A stretch of 64,000 nucleotides of DNA from Tubulanus polymorphus (taxonomy: Eukaryota > Animalia > Nemertea), in NCBI RefSeq assembly GCF_964204645.1, contig NC_134036.1:3844001-3908000 (forward strand). The letters are read 5' to 3'. Below the pieces are notes generated by a model that worked only from the letters and a program-made list of their open reading frames with translations, was not told the DNA's origin and did no database searches. The position numbers were made by a program, and so were the translations under genes. Shown here piece after piece: positions 23,482-42,944 of the stretch (within the stretch, counting starts at the first letter, position 1; the number at the start of each line of letters is the position of its first letter).

Positions 23482-26066
23482 ATGACGACGACCAACGACG
23501 TAGTAGAAAACCTGACCGCTAAGCTGGCGCAGGCCGCCGTCGACGACGAGGAAAAACAAGAAGAAGACCCTCGGAGTACCGAACTCAGTTTCGCCGGTCG
23601 GGGTTTGAAATTGAACGAAGAAAAAGACGCCGCCGAAATCGTCGAGGCGATCGAGAAATTCGACCGCGGCAAATTGCTGACGCTTCGACTGGAAGGGAAC
23701 ACTATGGGTATCGAAGCGGCTCGCGCGATCGCCGGGGCGTTAGAGAAACGACCCGAGTTTCGGTGTGCGTTGTGGAGCGACATGTTTACGGGTAGGCCCC
23801 CTAGAATTAGAAATTTCTTCGTTTTGTTTTTTATCTTTCAGAGAAAGTCTTGAATGTCATGAATTCTGCAAATTCTGTTGGGGACGTTTTGTCAATTGAT
23901 TAGATAGACCCTTTGCAACTTGACTCGACGACGCATCCGAGCGAGGTGCCCCGGCCCTCTGGGAAAGCAATCTAGCGTTTTAGCTGTTTGTGTTAAACGC
24001 TGAAAACGCTTCGAAAGTCTGTAAAGATAAAGAACTGTTTTTACGTCAGTTTCCGATGGAGACTATTTATTTCAGACCAGGACACGGGATCCCGGGTACG
24101 TGTTATAATCATGAACAGGGGCTAAATTCTTGAGTTCTCGTTACAGGTCGCCTGAAGTCCGAAATCCCGATCGCGTTGAAGCACCTCGGCGCGGCGATGA
24201 CCGCCGCCAACACGCACCTCGTCGAGTTGAACCTCAGCGACAACGCTTTCGGCCCGAACGGCGTTGAAGGTTTCAAAGACCTGCTGAAATCGCCCGTATG
24301 CTACACGCTCGAAGAACTCTACCTTAACAACAACGGCCTCGGCATCGCCGGCGGTACCATGTTGGCGCGGAGCCTCGTCGAGTGCCACGAGCGATCGGAC
24401 GGCGCGTTCGCGCTGCGCGTATTCGTCGCCGGACGCAACCGCCTCGAAAACGACGCCGCCGCCGAGTTGGCGCGCGCGTTCGAACGCATCGGCACGCTCC
24501 AGCGCGTTGAGATGCCGCAGAACGGTATCAACGCGCCGGGTATACGCGCGTTGGCGGCGGCGTTCGACGCCAATCGGCGGCTACGCGTCGTCAATCTGAA
24601 CGACAACACGTTCACGGCGGACGGCGCCCGGTCGATGGCGCGTGTGCTGCCGCACCTCGTCGAACTGGAAACGTTGAATTTCGGCGATTGTTTGACGCGT
24701 ACCGACGGCGCGCTGGCGCTCGCCGACGCCTTGAAGTCCGGGCTCGTCAAATTACGCGAGATAGTTTTATCCGGTAACGAGATCGGGCAGGCTGGCGGCG
24801 TGGCATTGGCCGAGTCGATCGAAAATAAGCCGGCGTTGGAGAAGTTGGATTTGAGCGCGAATTGTTTCGGCGAGGCCGGCGTCGAGCTGGTGACCGGCGT
24901 CGTCGAAGCGATGGACCGCGTCGACGTGCTGCAGTCGTTGAGCGACGACGAGGGCACTGACGACGACGATGATGATGAAGATGACGAACCGGATGAAGAT
25001 CAATCGGAAGATGAGAAAGGTGATGATAATGACGCAACGGTGAGTATTCATAATCCTGATCATTCCAGATAGACGTGAGAATAGGTATTTATTTAACCCT
25101 TTCAGTTCGTCATTACACCGCAGTGCGATGTATGATTCGATGATGGAGTACAGTGGTCTCTTTTTACATGTAATAATTAGTTTTTATCTCCATTGAAAGA
25201 TAGCAGCCCCTGTTAAACAGAAATATTAGTAACTAACGATACATCGCACCATGGTGTCGACGCATCAGAGTGGCATTCCGGTTATACAACACCCTGAATA
25301 TATAGAATCTTTGAAAATTTCCAATTTAGCTCCAGCGCTTTCGGGAATTGATTAATAGTTAGCACTGAAAGGGTTAAAAATCTAAGAAAATACCCGAAAT
25401 ACTTGAAAACCTAAGAAAAGTGTGAATAAAGTTTCATCCAGATTCTTACAATGAAGATTTTTTCTACGCGTCTCGTTTCAGAAGATCGATAAGAAGGACA
25501 ACGAATTGAACGACTCGATTCAACAAATCAACGAATCGAATCTGGCACCGCTGACCGTCGCGAACTTCCTGAAATTCCCGACCGCGAAAAAACTAGTCGC
25601 GCTCGGTGGCGATGGCGACGAGGCGGTCGCGAAATTCCGCGCCGAACTCGGCGCCGACGAACGGGACGTCGACCGCGTGCTCGGCGTCGCGGTGAAAGTC
25701 GCGTCGGTCGCGACCGACGACGACTCGGAGGCGACCCGCGCGGCGACCCGGTGTTTCGACGCGTTGGTGTCGCGTCTGCTGCGTAGTACGGACGACTCGA
25801 CGGGCGAATCGGCGAAAAACAACGCGGTGATGTCGTTCGCGAACGCGCTGCTCGTGCAGATCGGACTGTTGAAATCGGAGGATAAAACGCACCGCCCCCT
25901 GGTGGACATCAGCGGCGTTTTGATCACGCTCGAACACGCCGTGCGGCAGGACTATTTCCCGCGATCGGTGACCGAGATCCTGCGCGTTTTCGTCGGTCGG
26001 CCGCATCCGCAGCTGGAAACGGCCGGCGCCGCGCGCGATAAACTACTACAGACATTGTCTAAATAA
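23482..26066 (+). CDS. RANGAP1: Ran GTPase-activating protein 1
   Basis: Exons 23482-23791, 24147-25039, 25482-26066 in phase. LRR domain ([44 protein letters not shown]), acidic tract, and animal C-terminal domain with SUMO motif GLLKSEDK. Confidence 0.96.
25097..25373. mobile_element. piggyBac-like MITE (TTAA TSD, CCCTTTCAGT TIR)
   Basis: TTAA|CCCTTTCAGT..ACTGAAAGGG|TTAA in RanGAP1 intron 2. Confidence 0.7.
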
Positions 26067-27047
26067 TAATCGTTAATCGAGTAATTATCGGTTAATCGTT
26101 TAATCGGGTAATTAATCAGAGGGTGCCGGCGGCCCTTTTAATTTGGACGAAATGCTCGAAGCTCCTTAAACACGTTCGCCGCTGGCTTGATAATACGGTG
26201 TCGCCGCCAGTCGTCGTATCGAATTAATGGTTTACCGACATAAACAGTAGCGATTCAGGAGGAGTGTACGGTATATAATTGGAATATGAAAGTGGTGCAG
26301 AATTTAGTATTTCCTCCTTTTAAAACTCCTTGAAAATGAACGACCGAAATGAAGGGACCTTGTATCAAGTGTGTTGATGGACCTTGATTTGTTGATGTAA
26401 CATATGAAATAAAATGATGTATCTCGCGATATTTTTTAACGAATTCTATTGGTTTTCGTTGTTTTTCGATATGTCGTTCGACGTCTATGTTGTTTTGTGT
26501 GGGAATTTTTTGGTCGTCTCGAACGGATTGGCTCCCTCCTGCTGATCGAAGCTGTCTTCTTGGGTTGGTTTTACCAGACCCTGGCAAGCGAGGATGTAAA
26601 GATGATTCATTTGAAGGGATTAGTTCGAAGTAAAGTTGATTAGGCCAGTATAGTGCTAATTAACCAGCTTGGCGATACGAATTAAATCAAAACTCTATAA
26701 TGGAGAAGATAAGTATGTATCCAGTTGTTTATCTCCAGTAGGCTACCAGCTTACTAAATTTGATGAAGAACATAATCATAAAATTGTTGCAGCTTTACAT
26801 ATATCTAAGTCTTCATTTCAACATTATCACGGGGTCTTGGTAGTTAGTTACCTAATCGTTGGTGGTAAGCTTTTTATAATCGGATGTGAAAATATCCGAT
26901 CGTGAAACTAAACCACAGACAGGTTACTGACTAGGGGTCTTGGGTGATTTGATAGTGAAATGATTAACCTCCTAATCTCAGCCTGTAGCGTGCCCAGGGA
27001 AGCGAGGTCGGAGGCGATGCGCAGCGTGCACAGGGAAGCGAATAAAC

Positions 27048-32461
<5,414 letters not shown>

Positions 32462-35400
32462 AGAGAGAGCGAGAAGACGGATGGCAGCGTCGCCTTCTAT
32501 TCTTATAAACTAAGTCAGCATCAGCGCCGTTAGGAGATGGGAAGAAGTTATCGCTTATTAAATCTACACGAAATGTGCTTTATGAATACATCATGTAAAC
32601 TTGAAATTGGGAAAATAAATCATTTGATTTGTCGTGAAAATCTGTCATTGTTCGTTGTTTGTTTGGGGAATTTCGTACCACCAGGAATTTGTAAATGGTT
32701 GGACAGCTTTTAACTGCCTAGTGGACCTGGTGGATCTTCGCATTTCATTACGTGGAATCCTCACTCGCCACAGTAGTGGTACCGGAGCCCCATCGGAAAT
32801 ACTAATTTGAACATGAAAATAGTGATGGCTTAGATTATGAGTCGACTCATGACGATGATTTAAGTTGGACTTGAATCGATGAACCCTACAGCAACTGGTG
32901 GTCCTACAACATAGTTGCGTATTGATATACCTTTCGACAACAGATCCTTGTACACCATGGTACAGCAGTGTCCGATCTAAGCCTGTCTGAGTACGAAATA
33001 TCAACCGACATGAGGGCTATAGGGTTCGATCTAAGGAATGAAAGCCAATTGCCCGGGGGCAAGCATATCTGAAATTCGCCTGCCCCCTCCAAAAGCTACT
33101 TGCCCTACACAGGCAGTCCGATTGGTGGCACTATCATCCGTTGTATCGAGTGGGGAAAAAAGCTTTGTGACATAAAATTGCACTACCCCGGGGGACAAGT
33201 GATAACGATTACCTACTCGCCCTGATAAGAATATACTCGTCCCTGGCAATCGGACAAGTGCTTAGATCGGAAGCTGGATTACGGTAAACCGTGCCTTACT
33301 GTGACCGTCTGGAACTGGCTAAATTGAGTTAATAAGGAATGGATCCTGTAAGGAAGTCAGGAAATAGTTTGCTGACTTAAAGTAGGTCAAAAATATGAGC
33401 GAGGCAAGGTTTACCGTAAGTACACTGTTGTACATGCTTAAAATGATTGTCGACACATCTGTTGGCGACGTTTAGGAATACGACGAACGAGGCAGAAAAA
33501 GACGATAAACGAGAAGAAAATGCGAAACATTAATACAACGACAGCTGCGAGGCCATTCACACGTGTAATCTACCGTTCCTACAGTAGAAGATATACATCG
33601 AGGACTTTGCCATGAATCGAGACCTTAAAAGAAACGATAACAACAAAACAGTCGACTTCATTCATAGAGATACTTATATTATCGTTATCATAACATGATA
33701 ATCATTATTACATTATTATTTACAACAAACGAAATGAAATTTAAACTAACAAATAAATTTACGCGCAATTCATCGATTAAACTAGTATATTCTTCGTGTA
33801 GCGTGTCCCGAGGAGGAGATAAAATACACCGCCTGCCTAAAACTAACGTTTAAAAAAAAAAAAATTCGGTACTCGCTAAAATTCATCAGACGACGACGAT
33901 GATAATGACACCTGTTGGCAGCTATGAACACTATTATTCTAAATACACTCATACGCATAACACAAGACATTGGATCATCAGAGACTCACTTTGTATAAGG
34001 CTGATCGGGAAAGGTCGATTCAAACGACGACCATGTTAAAAGCCCGAGTTGCATTCGAGTTATTCGGGCCCTTTTTCTAGCTCACTACGTTCGACTTAGC
34101 CTTCTAAGCCTTAGCAATTTTAATGCGCGCATTTCATAATCGGAATTCGTATGACCGCGGCAGCCTGGACCCGGCACCTCCCTCAGACATTTGATTCTTC
34201 ATCCCCATCAATCAATTTTTGGTCACCGGAGACCTTTTCAAAAAGAAAATGAACTACAAACACCAGACATTAGACATTATCGGCTCAAAAACTGATCTCA
34301 CTACAGCCGAGACATTAAAAATTGAAGATTCTACGAACACCAGGCTTAAGACATCCTCGCTTGCCTTCATTCCTGGTCTATTACGACAAGAAGGAACAGT
34401 GGCCAGGGTTTGTGTCGGCGCGAGCTTTCTCCACGGAAGGCAATCAAACCCTGGCAAGCGAGGATGGACTTCACTAGATATTCTATCGGCACGCTTTAAA
34501 AAAGCGATTACCCAAACTGCGCACACGCGAAAATGGCGAATATCTTAGAAGCGGGTTCCAGGCTGCGTAATTGATACCCGAAACGATGAAAAAGCTCGGC
34601 GGAATTAAAAGAATTAATTATAACGAACTGAATTTTTAAAAAAGCATCAGCATTTTAAATAAAACATCCATCACAGCTGAAATCAAATTAATCGATTAAT
34701 AATTATATCTATTTAATTTAACCGGATAACATGAAAATAATAATCCATTCACACGCGCGCGTTGTATTATAATAATAACCCCCATTTTAAAAACGAAACG
34801 AAAACAAAAATTAGAAGATTTTCAACAATAATTTTTTTTTTTACCCGCTAACCGTTTATTAGTTAAGTATTAAGGGGTCCCTACCGATCGGTTATTCCAG
34901 GATGGAGAAAATTTCGAATTTCGCGGAATTGTCCATATCCCTTTCATATCCCAATTACCGTAGACTTCTAAACTGATTTAGGTGTAGTCTAGGGATCATT
35001 CGTTCATAACCTACGCATAAAATTTGAATTTTTCCAACCCCCCTCCTCCCCCTCTGTACGCAAAATCGGCCATTCTTTCATATACATTAAGCATTACAGT
35101 ACGCAATTGCACTGACCCCTCCCCCTCCCCCAATGCGTACGTAATAAATGAATGACCCCCTACAGTACAATAACAAACTAGACAAACATTTCTAATTGCC
35201 TATTTTACCAAATTGAAGTTTGAGTTGAAAAGGAGTTTGGAGTCGTAGGGACCCTTGCTGAAATTGCCGTCTTAGCAAATTTTTAAAAACGTTTTCTCAT
35301 CGGAATAAAATTTTCGCAACTCTCCATTTTTTGGCTCGTAAGCTCAAACCGTAACCGAGCGGCCTACCGAATAATAATACGCGATAAAATGGCGTATTCT

Positions 35401-37380
35401 TGCTTCTAAATAAAATATAATTATCCATTTTCCCGTTCTTTTTATAAAACATTCTTCTTTTTTTTTTTAGACGACGCGACAGATAATACAATATATCAGT
35501 ATAAACTTTCATAATAATAATGATAATAATAATTATTATTATAATCATTATTGAGCAGTAATTTTCCGTTTAAAGCCAGTAGTTATAAGTAATAGACGCT
35601 TGTTGTTTGGCGACGCAGGGCGTAGACGTTGAAATTGGTCAATACGACAAGGACGTTGATTTTTCTTTTCCTTAAATCTTAAGAACCTCGGTGAAGCTAC
35701 TGCAGGGTTCATACTACTAGCAGATGTTACGCGACGAAAAGCGCTACCTCAACGGGAAGGCGGGGGTCGGCACGCCCCTAAATCCACCTGGCATAGGCCC
35801 CTTTACATATCTTAAGTCGATGGTTACTACGCCAGACAGAAGTACATCCGCAATGCGGAAATAAGTCGACCAAAATCAGACAAGTTTCGAGAAGTTTAGG
35901 AGCGAGTTCGTAAAAAAGGAGGAATAAATTTCTTCTCGGTTTTGGGAAAGTTTCCGAGGAATCGGCCATCAGTAGTATGAACCCTTCGCCGCGGCAAGTG
36001 AGGTGGCTCTAGTGTACAATATAAGACATACATCAAATACAAAGGCCAGTTTCACGAATTAGTTAACCCTTTCAGTGCCAACCAACTAATCAATTGCCGA
36101 AAGTGCAGGGAATAATTTGAAAATTCCGAAAAATTCCACCCCTGTGCATCGTAAGACGGGTTTACCGCTATAGCACCTGTCCACCGCGGCACGGTGTATT
36201 GTTAGTTGCCAATATTCCACTAAGATTGATAGGTGCTGCCATCGTTCATCAAAGAATTAATGTATTGGTGATATTAATAATTAGTTTATATCTCTATTGA
36301 AAGATGGCAGCACCTGTCAATCTTAGTGAAATATTGAATACACCACATTACTAATAACGTCAATACACTGCGGCGCGGTGTACTAGCAAAGACCATCACC
36401 ACTTAAATACATCGCACTGCCGTGTAGATGTACTGAAAAGGTTCAACTCTTAACTCTTAACAACTTTAATTCAGCTTGGACCGTTTTAAACGTAAAAACA
36501 TTTTCGTGAAACCAGACTCGAAGTTAACACGCGAAATAAACGCCCTCTACAACGCATCTGAAACGCACACACATCACAGCTTAAAATCCATTCGTTAAAT
36601 ATAATCAACCGATTCATCCGATAGTTCCGATTTAACGCACCAGACGACGAACGAATCGCCGACACGGCGAAAACGGGCTATTTAAAACATCAGTTCGCAA
36701 TTGTGACACTAGGCGGCGCGTCGATATCACATGATGATGATTTTTCCGTCATTGCTTTCGGGTATCGCGCGCGCGCACGGAATAATACACACATCGTTAT
36801 AGTTTATATATATATACGCACACGCTCGCGTGCGCGCACACCGGCAACCCGTCACCCCTCGGTCTCGCGCGCGTATGCACACGCCCGGCGGACTAGACCG
36901 TATAGTTCGTGTAATGTTTTTTTCGCCGTCGCGACGCGAGGGGTGATAGGTGTAGACGGGAGGCGCGTTCGATAGCCGGGAATGATTCCTAGTAGTGAAA
37001 GCATCCGATGGGCAGCGTACCTGCGACGAGAAAGCAGAAAGAACTATTGAAACATTTGAAATTACTACCCAGGTTCCGGCTCCATACAGATCGGTCATTC
37101 CTGGATATAAGGAGTTTTGAAGGGATTTTGGAGGAGAAAATTTCGAGGAAGCGTCTGCATCACTTTCACAGCCCAATGACAGTGGACTACTACTTAATCT
37201 GTACTGTTAAACTGGGTAAACCGGCAATTCGGTGCTTTTATTTAAGCTTATTCTTTTCCTATGTACACTTGGGTCCGGTTTTTGTAGACTGGTATTAACT
37301 TTAACCCGGGGGTTTACTTCATTTTGAATTTAAATAACCCCCTCGGGTTAAAGTTAATACCAGTCTATAAAACCGGGCCC

Positions 37381-37522
37381 AGGGGCTGGTTGCATAGTCA
37401 TGACTTAGACTTAAGACCAGTCTAAGACCAACTTAGTTCTATAGCCAATCGAACAACTTAAGACCAGTCTTAAGATTTAAGACGACTCTTGGACTTAAGT
37501 CACGACTGTGCAACTGGCCCCA
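37381..37522. mobile_element. ~140-bp MITE family, TIR GGGGC(T/C)(G/A)GTTGCA(T/C)AGTC
   Basis: Inverted termini. Further copies near 12350-12625 (tandem pair), 16533-16635, 51806-51946. Confidence 0.65.
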
Positions 37523-37731
37523 GGTTTCTCGTAATTCAATAACCGCCTGATTCATTTCTAATCGCCTATTTCTCAAAATTGACGGTGTTTCGGACATTTT
37601 GTAGGAGTTTCGAGCACCATTTTCATCGTTTACGAGTTTTTAAGGAACCAAGGAATTGTAGGAACCGCGTGAGAGTCTATCGACTAGTCGGGGTCGGTAT
37701 CGCGCTACTACTACTACTAACCTGACGAACA

Positions 37732-39090
37732 TCACGAGGCGACCGTCGTCATCGGCTGCGGCGAAAGATCTATCACTTTGATTTGTACGTTAACCGGCGC
37801 GACGGCGTTGTAGCCCCCTTTACCGGACATCTGAGTCTGCAACGACGAAAACTGCGAAAGAAAAAAAAAAACGAGATGAATTATAGAAAAACTAGCGGAA
37901 AGACGAGGGACTTAGCGCTCGCTCATCCTACCCTCGGTAGGGATTTGAACCTGATGGCATCACTAGACCCAGACACAGTAAGAAACCCTGACACACTAGA
38001 CTGCATTTACATACACAGCTTAGATTATGTTATTATTAGCCAATCAGAAATCCTATCTTATTTCAGCCTGGGTTTTTCCATTTATAGTTTCTGTGAAATT
38101 TGTCTCAACGATTATGCCTCGGACAATCTGATTGGTGCTGCAAATCTGCGCATGTACCTATGCACAACATGGTCTAGTGTGGCAGGGTTCCTTACATGTT
38201 GTGGCGTCCAACGATGCCACCAGGTTCGAATTCCTACCCGAGGAGGACGGGGAGGAAATGAGATACGCGACTTACGTTAGTTTTATGGGGTCCGGCGCCG
38301 TTCTCCATGTCCCCGGAGCCGATGTGGCCCGTGTGTCTGAAATCGGTCGGCTGACCGATCATACTTCTGTCGATACGTCTTCGCCGCTTCTAGGAATGAA
38401 ACGAATAACATCGCCGTTTAAATATCACCCGCTTCGATGACATCGTTCTGGCGATTTATGATCATCGAAGCAATCAGTGATCCACGTGATCGGTACTTTG
38501 TCCGAGACATTTCTAATTGAAAATGAACTACAAACACGGGACATTTTAAGTGACCGACTAGGCACATACACAGGGGCGGTTCTGGAGGCCAATTTTAAAG
38601 GACTTGTCACATCTAGAAAGGACACTTTGATGTCCAAAAGAGGCAGTATTAGGTGTACTCCCGCACTAAAATCACACCTTTACACAACAGCCCTAGATAC
38701 ATAATAATTGACTGCTTCAGACTAAGGCTAAACAAAAATGATACCTTGTTTCTCCGCAGAGGCCGGGTCATTTTTGTAAAATATGATAAAATTTATAAAC
38801 AGTTCATTTCTATAGCGGCCGGGTCTGTTATGGTGAAATTGATCACGATTTAAAAAAAAGTAATGTATAGGGTAGATAGGCGGCCGGCCGGGTCAACATT
38901 TAAGCTCAGCAGAGCGGAGAAACAAGGTATCAATTTTTTTTAGCCTAATCAGCATCACATTTGCCAGGGGTTGATGGGGAAGCCGGCGAAGGGGGTGAAC
39001 GGATTGAAGCATACTACAGTCGTAGTTAAGACTTACCGGCTGCGGCTGTTGGGTTATACAGCACCTGAAACAAACCATCACTTCACTCAT
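37732..39090 (-). CDS. CDC42SE2: CDC42 small effector protein (SPEC/CDC42SE2-like, CRIB domain), 95 aa
   Basis: Exons 39090-39037 ([18 protein letters not shown]), 38389-38276 ([31 protein letters not shown]), 37851-37732 ([14 protein letters not shown]). Closely matches remembered CDC42SE2 sequence. Acceptor at 39119 implies upstream 5'UTR exon(s); a donor lies 10 nt after the stop. Confidence 0.93.
37923..38249. mobile_element. MITE with tRNA-like TIRs (second copy, in CDC42SE intron)
   Basis: Same TIRs and same internal ATTAGCCAATCAGAAATCCT..ATTTATAGTTT core as 4388-4723. Confidence 0.65.
38725..38946. mobile_element. ~220-bp MITE family, TIR AGGCTAAAAAAA(T)TGATACCTTGTTTCTC
   Basis: Inverted termini. 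Copies near 8187-8410, 45363-45602, 54581-54792. Confidence 0.65.
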
Positions 39091-39167
39091 CTCTCAATAG
39101 ATGGCACCACCGATAGCACCTGAAATCATACCAAGAAAATACATTTGTATCATCAAAAATGTGTAAC

Positions 39168-39440
39168 TAGAGGTGTATAAGGAGAGAATCGCACAATGAT
39201 AATAAAAAGTCCGAAAATGAAACTTCGAGACAGTAGTTTATTTCAACGTTTCGACTATATCCTAATAGTCATCTTATTCTCATTATTCCTGAAGATGACT
39301 ATTAGGATATAGTCGAAACGTTGAAATAAACTACTATCTCGAAGTTTCATTTTCGGACTTTTTATTATCATTGTGCGATTCTCTCCTCATCACGTCAACA
39401 CGGATATAGTGTTCTACCAATCGTGATAGAGGTGTTTAAG
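39168..39440. mobile_element. Palindromic Penelope-like mini-element, subfamily A
   Basis: ~100-bp inverted arms, central hammerhead, ~38-nt tail. TSD TAGAGGTGT(A/T)TAAG at 39168-39181 and 39427-39440. Confidence 0.72.
39283..39330 (+). ncRNA. Minimal hammerhead ribozyme motif
   Basis: TTATTC-CTGAAGA-T-GACTAT-TAGGAT-ATAGTC-GAAACGTT-GAAATAA; same core as 19328. Confidence 0.65.
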
Positions 39441-40114
39441 TCGGAGAATTTCCTCTAAAACCGTTCTAATACTTTCACTGTTGTCGAGCTAGGCTTTAGT
39501 GTGTCCCATCACTGCTAGTAATAATAGCCTAATTCGGGTAATACTAATAATAACGATCATCTCGACTATTCGACAACTTACAGGGAGCTCGGCCGTATTA
39601 TCAACACGCGCGGTAACGTCATTCCAGGCGTTTAAAGGGCAAATTCTTTACGACTGATTACCGCGCGTATAAACCGTAATAACACAATACGAACAGCGGT
39701 AGTTATTAACGCGCCGCATAGAGTTAGACGCGAACCTCGCCGCCACCCTATAGACCGGCGGTGCTTACGACGGATAAATTAAAATGGACACATTCCGGAG
39801 TTCATTACTATCATCATCATCGTCGACTAATGGCATACATCTCCATTATCTGACAGCTCTATCTATTACGGACGACGACCGGCGATTGCTTTTTGACTTA
39901 ATTATACACAACAATAATATAACAACAACTCCAGCAGCGGCGACTACGTCGACGGTTAATCATCGACGATATCCTCTTTCGAGTCCTACGCTGCCGAACC
40001 GGCCGGAATGGCACGATCGGGATGGAGATGGCAACTGAATTTAACCGCGATAGTTTTACGGGCACTTTCACTATTGTCCTACTCCTTCGCCATTCTTTCT
40101 ATATTTGCCTTGTG

Positions 40115-40580
40115 TGATCGTCCACACTTAACATGTGTTCAGGACTTCACCAGAGACAGTTTAAATCAAATATGATCTACGAACACCAGACAAGACATTT
40201 TATCCGATCAGCGAACTGATCGTCCACACGGTCATTCAGTACTTCACCCGAGACATTTTAGATTCAAACACAAGATATAAGACATTTCAGCATACTTTCT
40301 AAAACTGATCGCCCACACTTCACTTGTGTTCAGGACTTCATCTGAGACATTTTTAATTGAAATTTAACTACAAACAACAGACATTTTATCAGCTCACTTT
40401 CAAAAGCTGATAGTCCACACTTAACATGTGTTCAGTGCTTCACCTGAGATATTTTCAATTGTAATGTCAGACATCAGACATTACATAAGCATATGTTGAA
40501 AAAGTAATCGTCCACACTTCAAAGGCATTCAGAGGCTCTTCACCAGCGAGATTTCTAATCGAAATCGAACTACGAATACC
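40115..40580 (+). repeat. Dispersed ~100-bp tandem-forming repeat family
   Basis: Unit GATCGTCCACACTTCACATGTGTTCAG..GAGACATTT..TGAAAATGAACTACAAACACCAGACATT. Other clusters near 9703-9820, 17190-17510 (inverted), 27900-28135, 41790-42100. Confidence 0.75.
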
Positions 40581-42098
40581 AGATAATTCCGATGGTAATA
40601 ATATCGAAGCTTCGTACTTACGACAGCGAGCGTCTGAATGTGTTTTAATCGCGATCGTTGTGTCGTGCGTTCGAACTGGTTTTTCGAAATACGACTCGCG
40701 ATATCGATTGATATTATTCTAGTATCGCGCTGAGCTCGGCAGTAATGCGTGTGTATGCACACGCGCGCGCGTACACTCGGTTCCGATCAACAGGTGTCTG
40801 CCATCGATATCCTGTACAACCGGATATCCATCACCGCGCCGGACCGAACAACGGGTGCTGCCCTCAACGAATTAGTCTGCGGCGAATATCCCGAAGCCGA
40901 CTGGAACCGAAATTTCCAATCACGCGCTTCGCAAACGAACAATTCTAATAAATTCGACCGCCGATCGCACGGCTATATCCGTACTTCGATTTCCGATTTC
41001 AAAATCGAACGCCCCGTTTCGCTGCTGCAGCGGGTGGTGGGCTTATCTATAAAATGGACACCAAATCATAACAAATCAGACCAAAACTACTGATCAAATA
41101 AATAACGGGGTCGATCCCCATTTCAAAACATCCTGGTGAGAGCTTCAGTAACGTGGGGCGACTTCAAACGTCGAAACTGGCTACCGACTATGAAAGAAGC
41201 TCGACGCTTCCGAACTAACCCGCGAACAACAACGACGGCGAAGATAATAACCTTATATCTTTCAGATTTCGTGTAGTAAATCCTTTAGTGAAATGATGTT
41301 GAAACATACCCTACACCAGCGTTACACAGACCGGTATACTACGATAGACCTAATGTTGATACCTCGTGATAAGAATGGTTAAAAAAAAGGGAGCGAAAAA
41401 ATATGATAAATTCCACGAAGAACGCCCACAATACGCAAACGTACGATATTAAAGGCTGGCTGCTGGCTTAACTAAAAAAAAAAAATTACCTTTCAAAATA
41501 ATGACATATATGTAAACGCGATAGATCGCTGTGTACATACACGGACTTCCTAGTTCATCCCGGTTCATCAATAGGCAATAATAACGAGTAAATATGATTT
41601 TTTTGTTTCGGCAAAAAAACGATGTTGACTGTTATTATTCGTAACAGTGTATAACAAAGTCGGAATAATTATTGCGATGAGTCACGTTCGTCGCGAGATA
41701 GACGTAAAATGCGTTTCGGGTGAGGTTAGGTATAGGTCAGAGGATATCGTTAGACGCGCAGTTCTCTCATCGTCCTAATTAGGCTTCATTTCACCTGAGA
41801 TACGTTTCGCTATCAAAATTGAACTATAAACAACTAGAATTAGACATTTTATCGCCGCACTTTTCAAAAATTGATCGTCCACACTTCGCGTGTGTTCGGT
41901 GCTTCACCAAAACAGACACATTTTTTGATCAAAAATCAACTACAAACACCAGACATTAGACATTTTATCAGCACACTTTCAAAAACTGATCGTCCACACT
42001 TCACATGTGTTCAGTGATTCACAAGAACAGACACATTTCTTATCAACAATCAACTACAAACACCGGTCATTAGACATATTATCAGCACACTTTCAAAA

Positions 42099-42280
42099 AC
42101 TGAAGATGACTAGTAGGATATAGTTGAAACGTCAACTACTAGCTCGAGGAATACAGTATTGCTTAACATGACTAGAAGGATATAGTCAAAACGTCAACTA
42201 CTAGGCCTAGCTCAAGGAATACAGTATTCCTGGAGATCACACATGTAGTAGGATAAAGTCAAAACGTCGAATAAACTACA
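42099..42280 (+). repeat. Three tandem degenerate hammerhead/pLTR units
   Basis: Repeats of (CTGAAGA)TGACTAGTAGGATATAGT(C/T)(G/A)AAACGTC with decayed cores. Confidence 0.55.
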
Positions 42281-42944
42281 GCCCTGGGTATTTTTTCATT
42301 CTTAGAACGGGATTCTATATCGAAGCGAGATTGAAGTACCTGTACCTATGATACCACCCTGAATTACGACATATGTAGCGCTGTTAGGCAATCCACAGAC
42401 ATTCACGCGTTCTCGCAGACAGATGATGTTTGTTTATAGACGTACACCTACTACTAACAACTTCAGTTCTCATACAACTCCGTGGTCACGCTGGTAACGA
42501 ACGAACGTATCAACAATCATCGATTTGCCCCTGCATTGATTTACAGAAGAATCAATCGAAGGAATCTCGATTCAGCCCCGGCCAGGAGAAACGAATAGAG
42601 CTTAAGGCATCAGTCGACGTCGTCGTGTGACTCATTCAACTATTAGATAAAGAGGATGTCATATACTAATCAATTTTCTCTTCTCAGGGGCTCAACCAGT
42701 ATGAGATAGATTGATAGATAGACTACTAAACTCTTAATCGTCAACGCCTCCCCCAACCCCGACTTAAAGCGTGAAAGAGTTTTTCCCATGCTTTACTGCA
42801 CGATTTATATCAGTGACAACTTTTTCCTACAGGACACAGAGTCTTCAACATTTCGCAATGTCGTAGTTGTATCTGTATTTGAATCTAACTCAACCAACAT
42901 GGCCTTTTACTTCTATATAGGCTACTACTGCAACCCTACTCAGC

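Noticed and set aside
23900-24120. RNase P, MRP or telomerase RNA in the RanGAP1 intron (GTCTG/CAGAC pairing, ACA end)
   Set aside because: Spacing is far too short for RNase P CR-I to CR-V, and no telomeric template is present. Kept only as a weak generic ncRNA candidate.
24319-26006. Long antisense/overlapping ORFs over RanGAP1 (also 279-821 and 20276-20815 over NEK)
   Set aside because: Shadow ORFs caused by GC-rich codon usage on the opposite strand.
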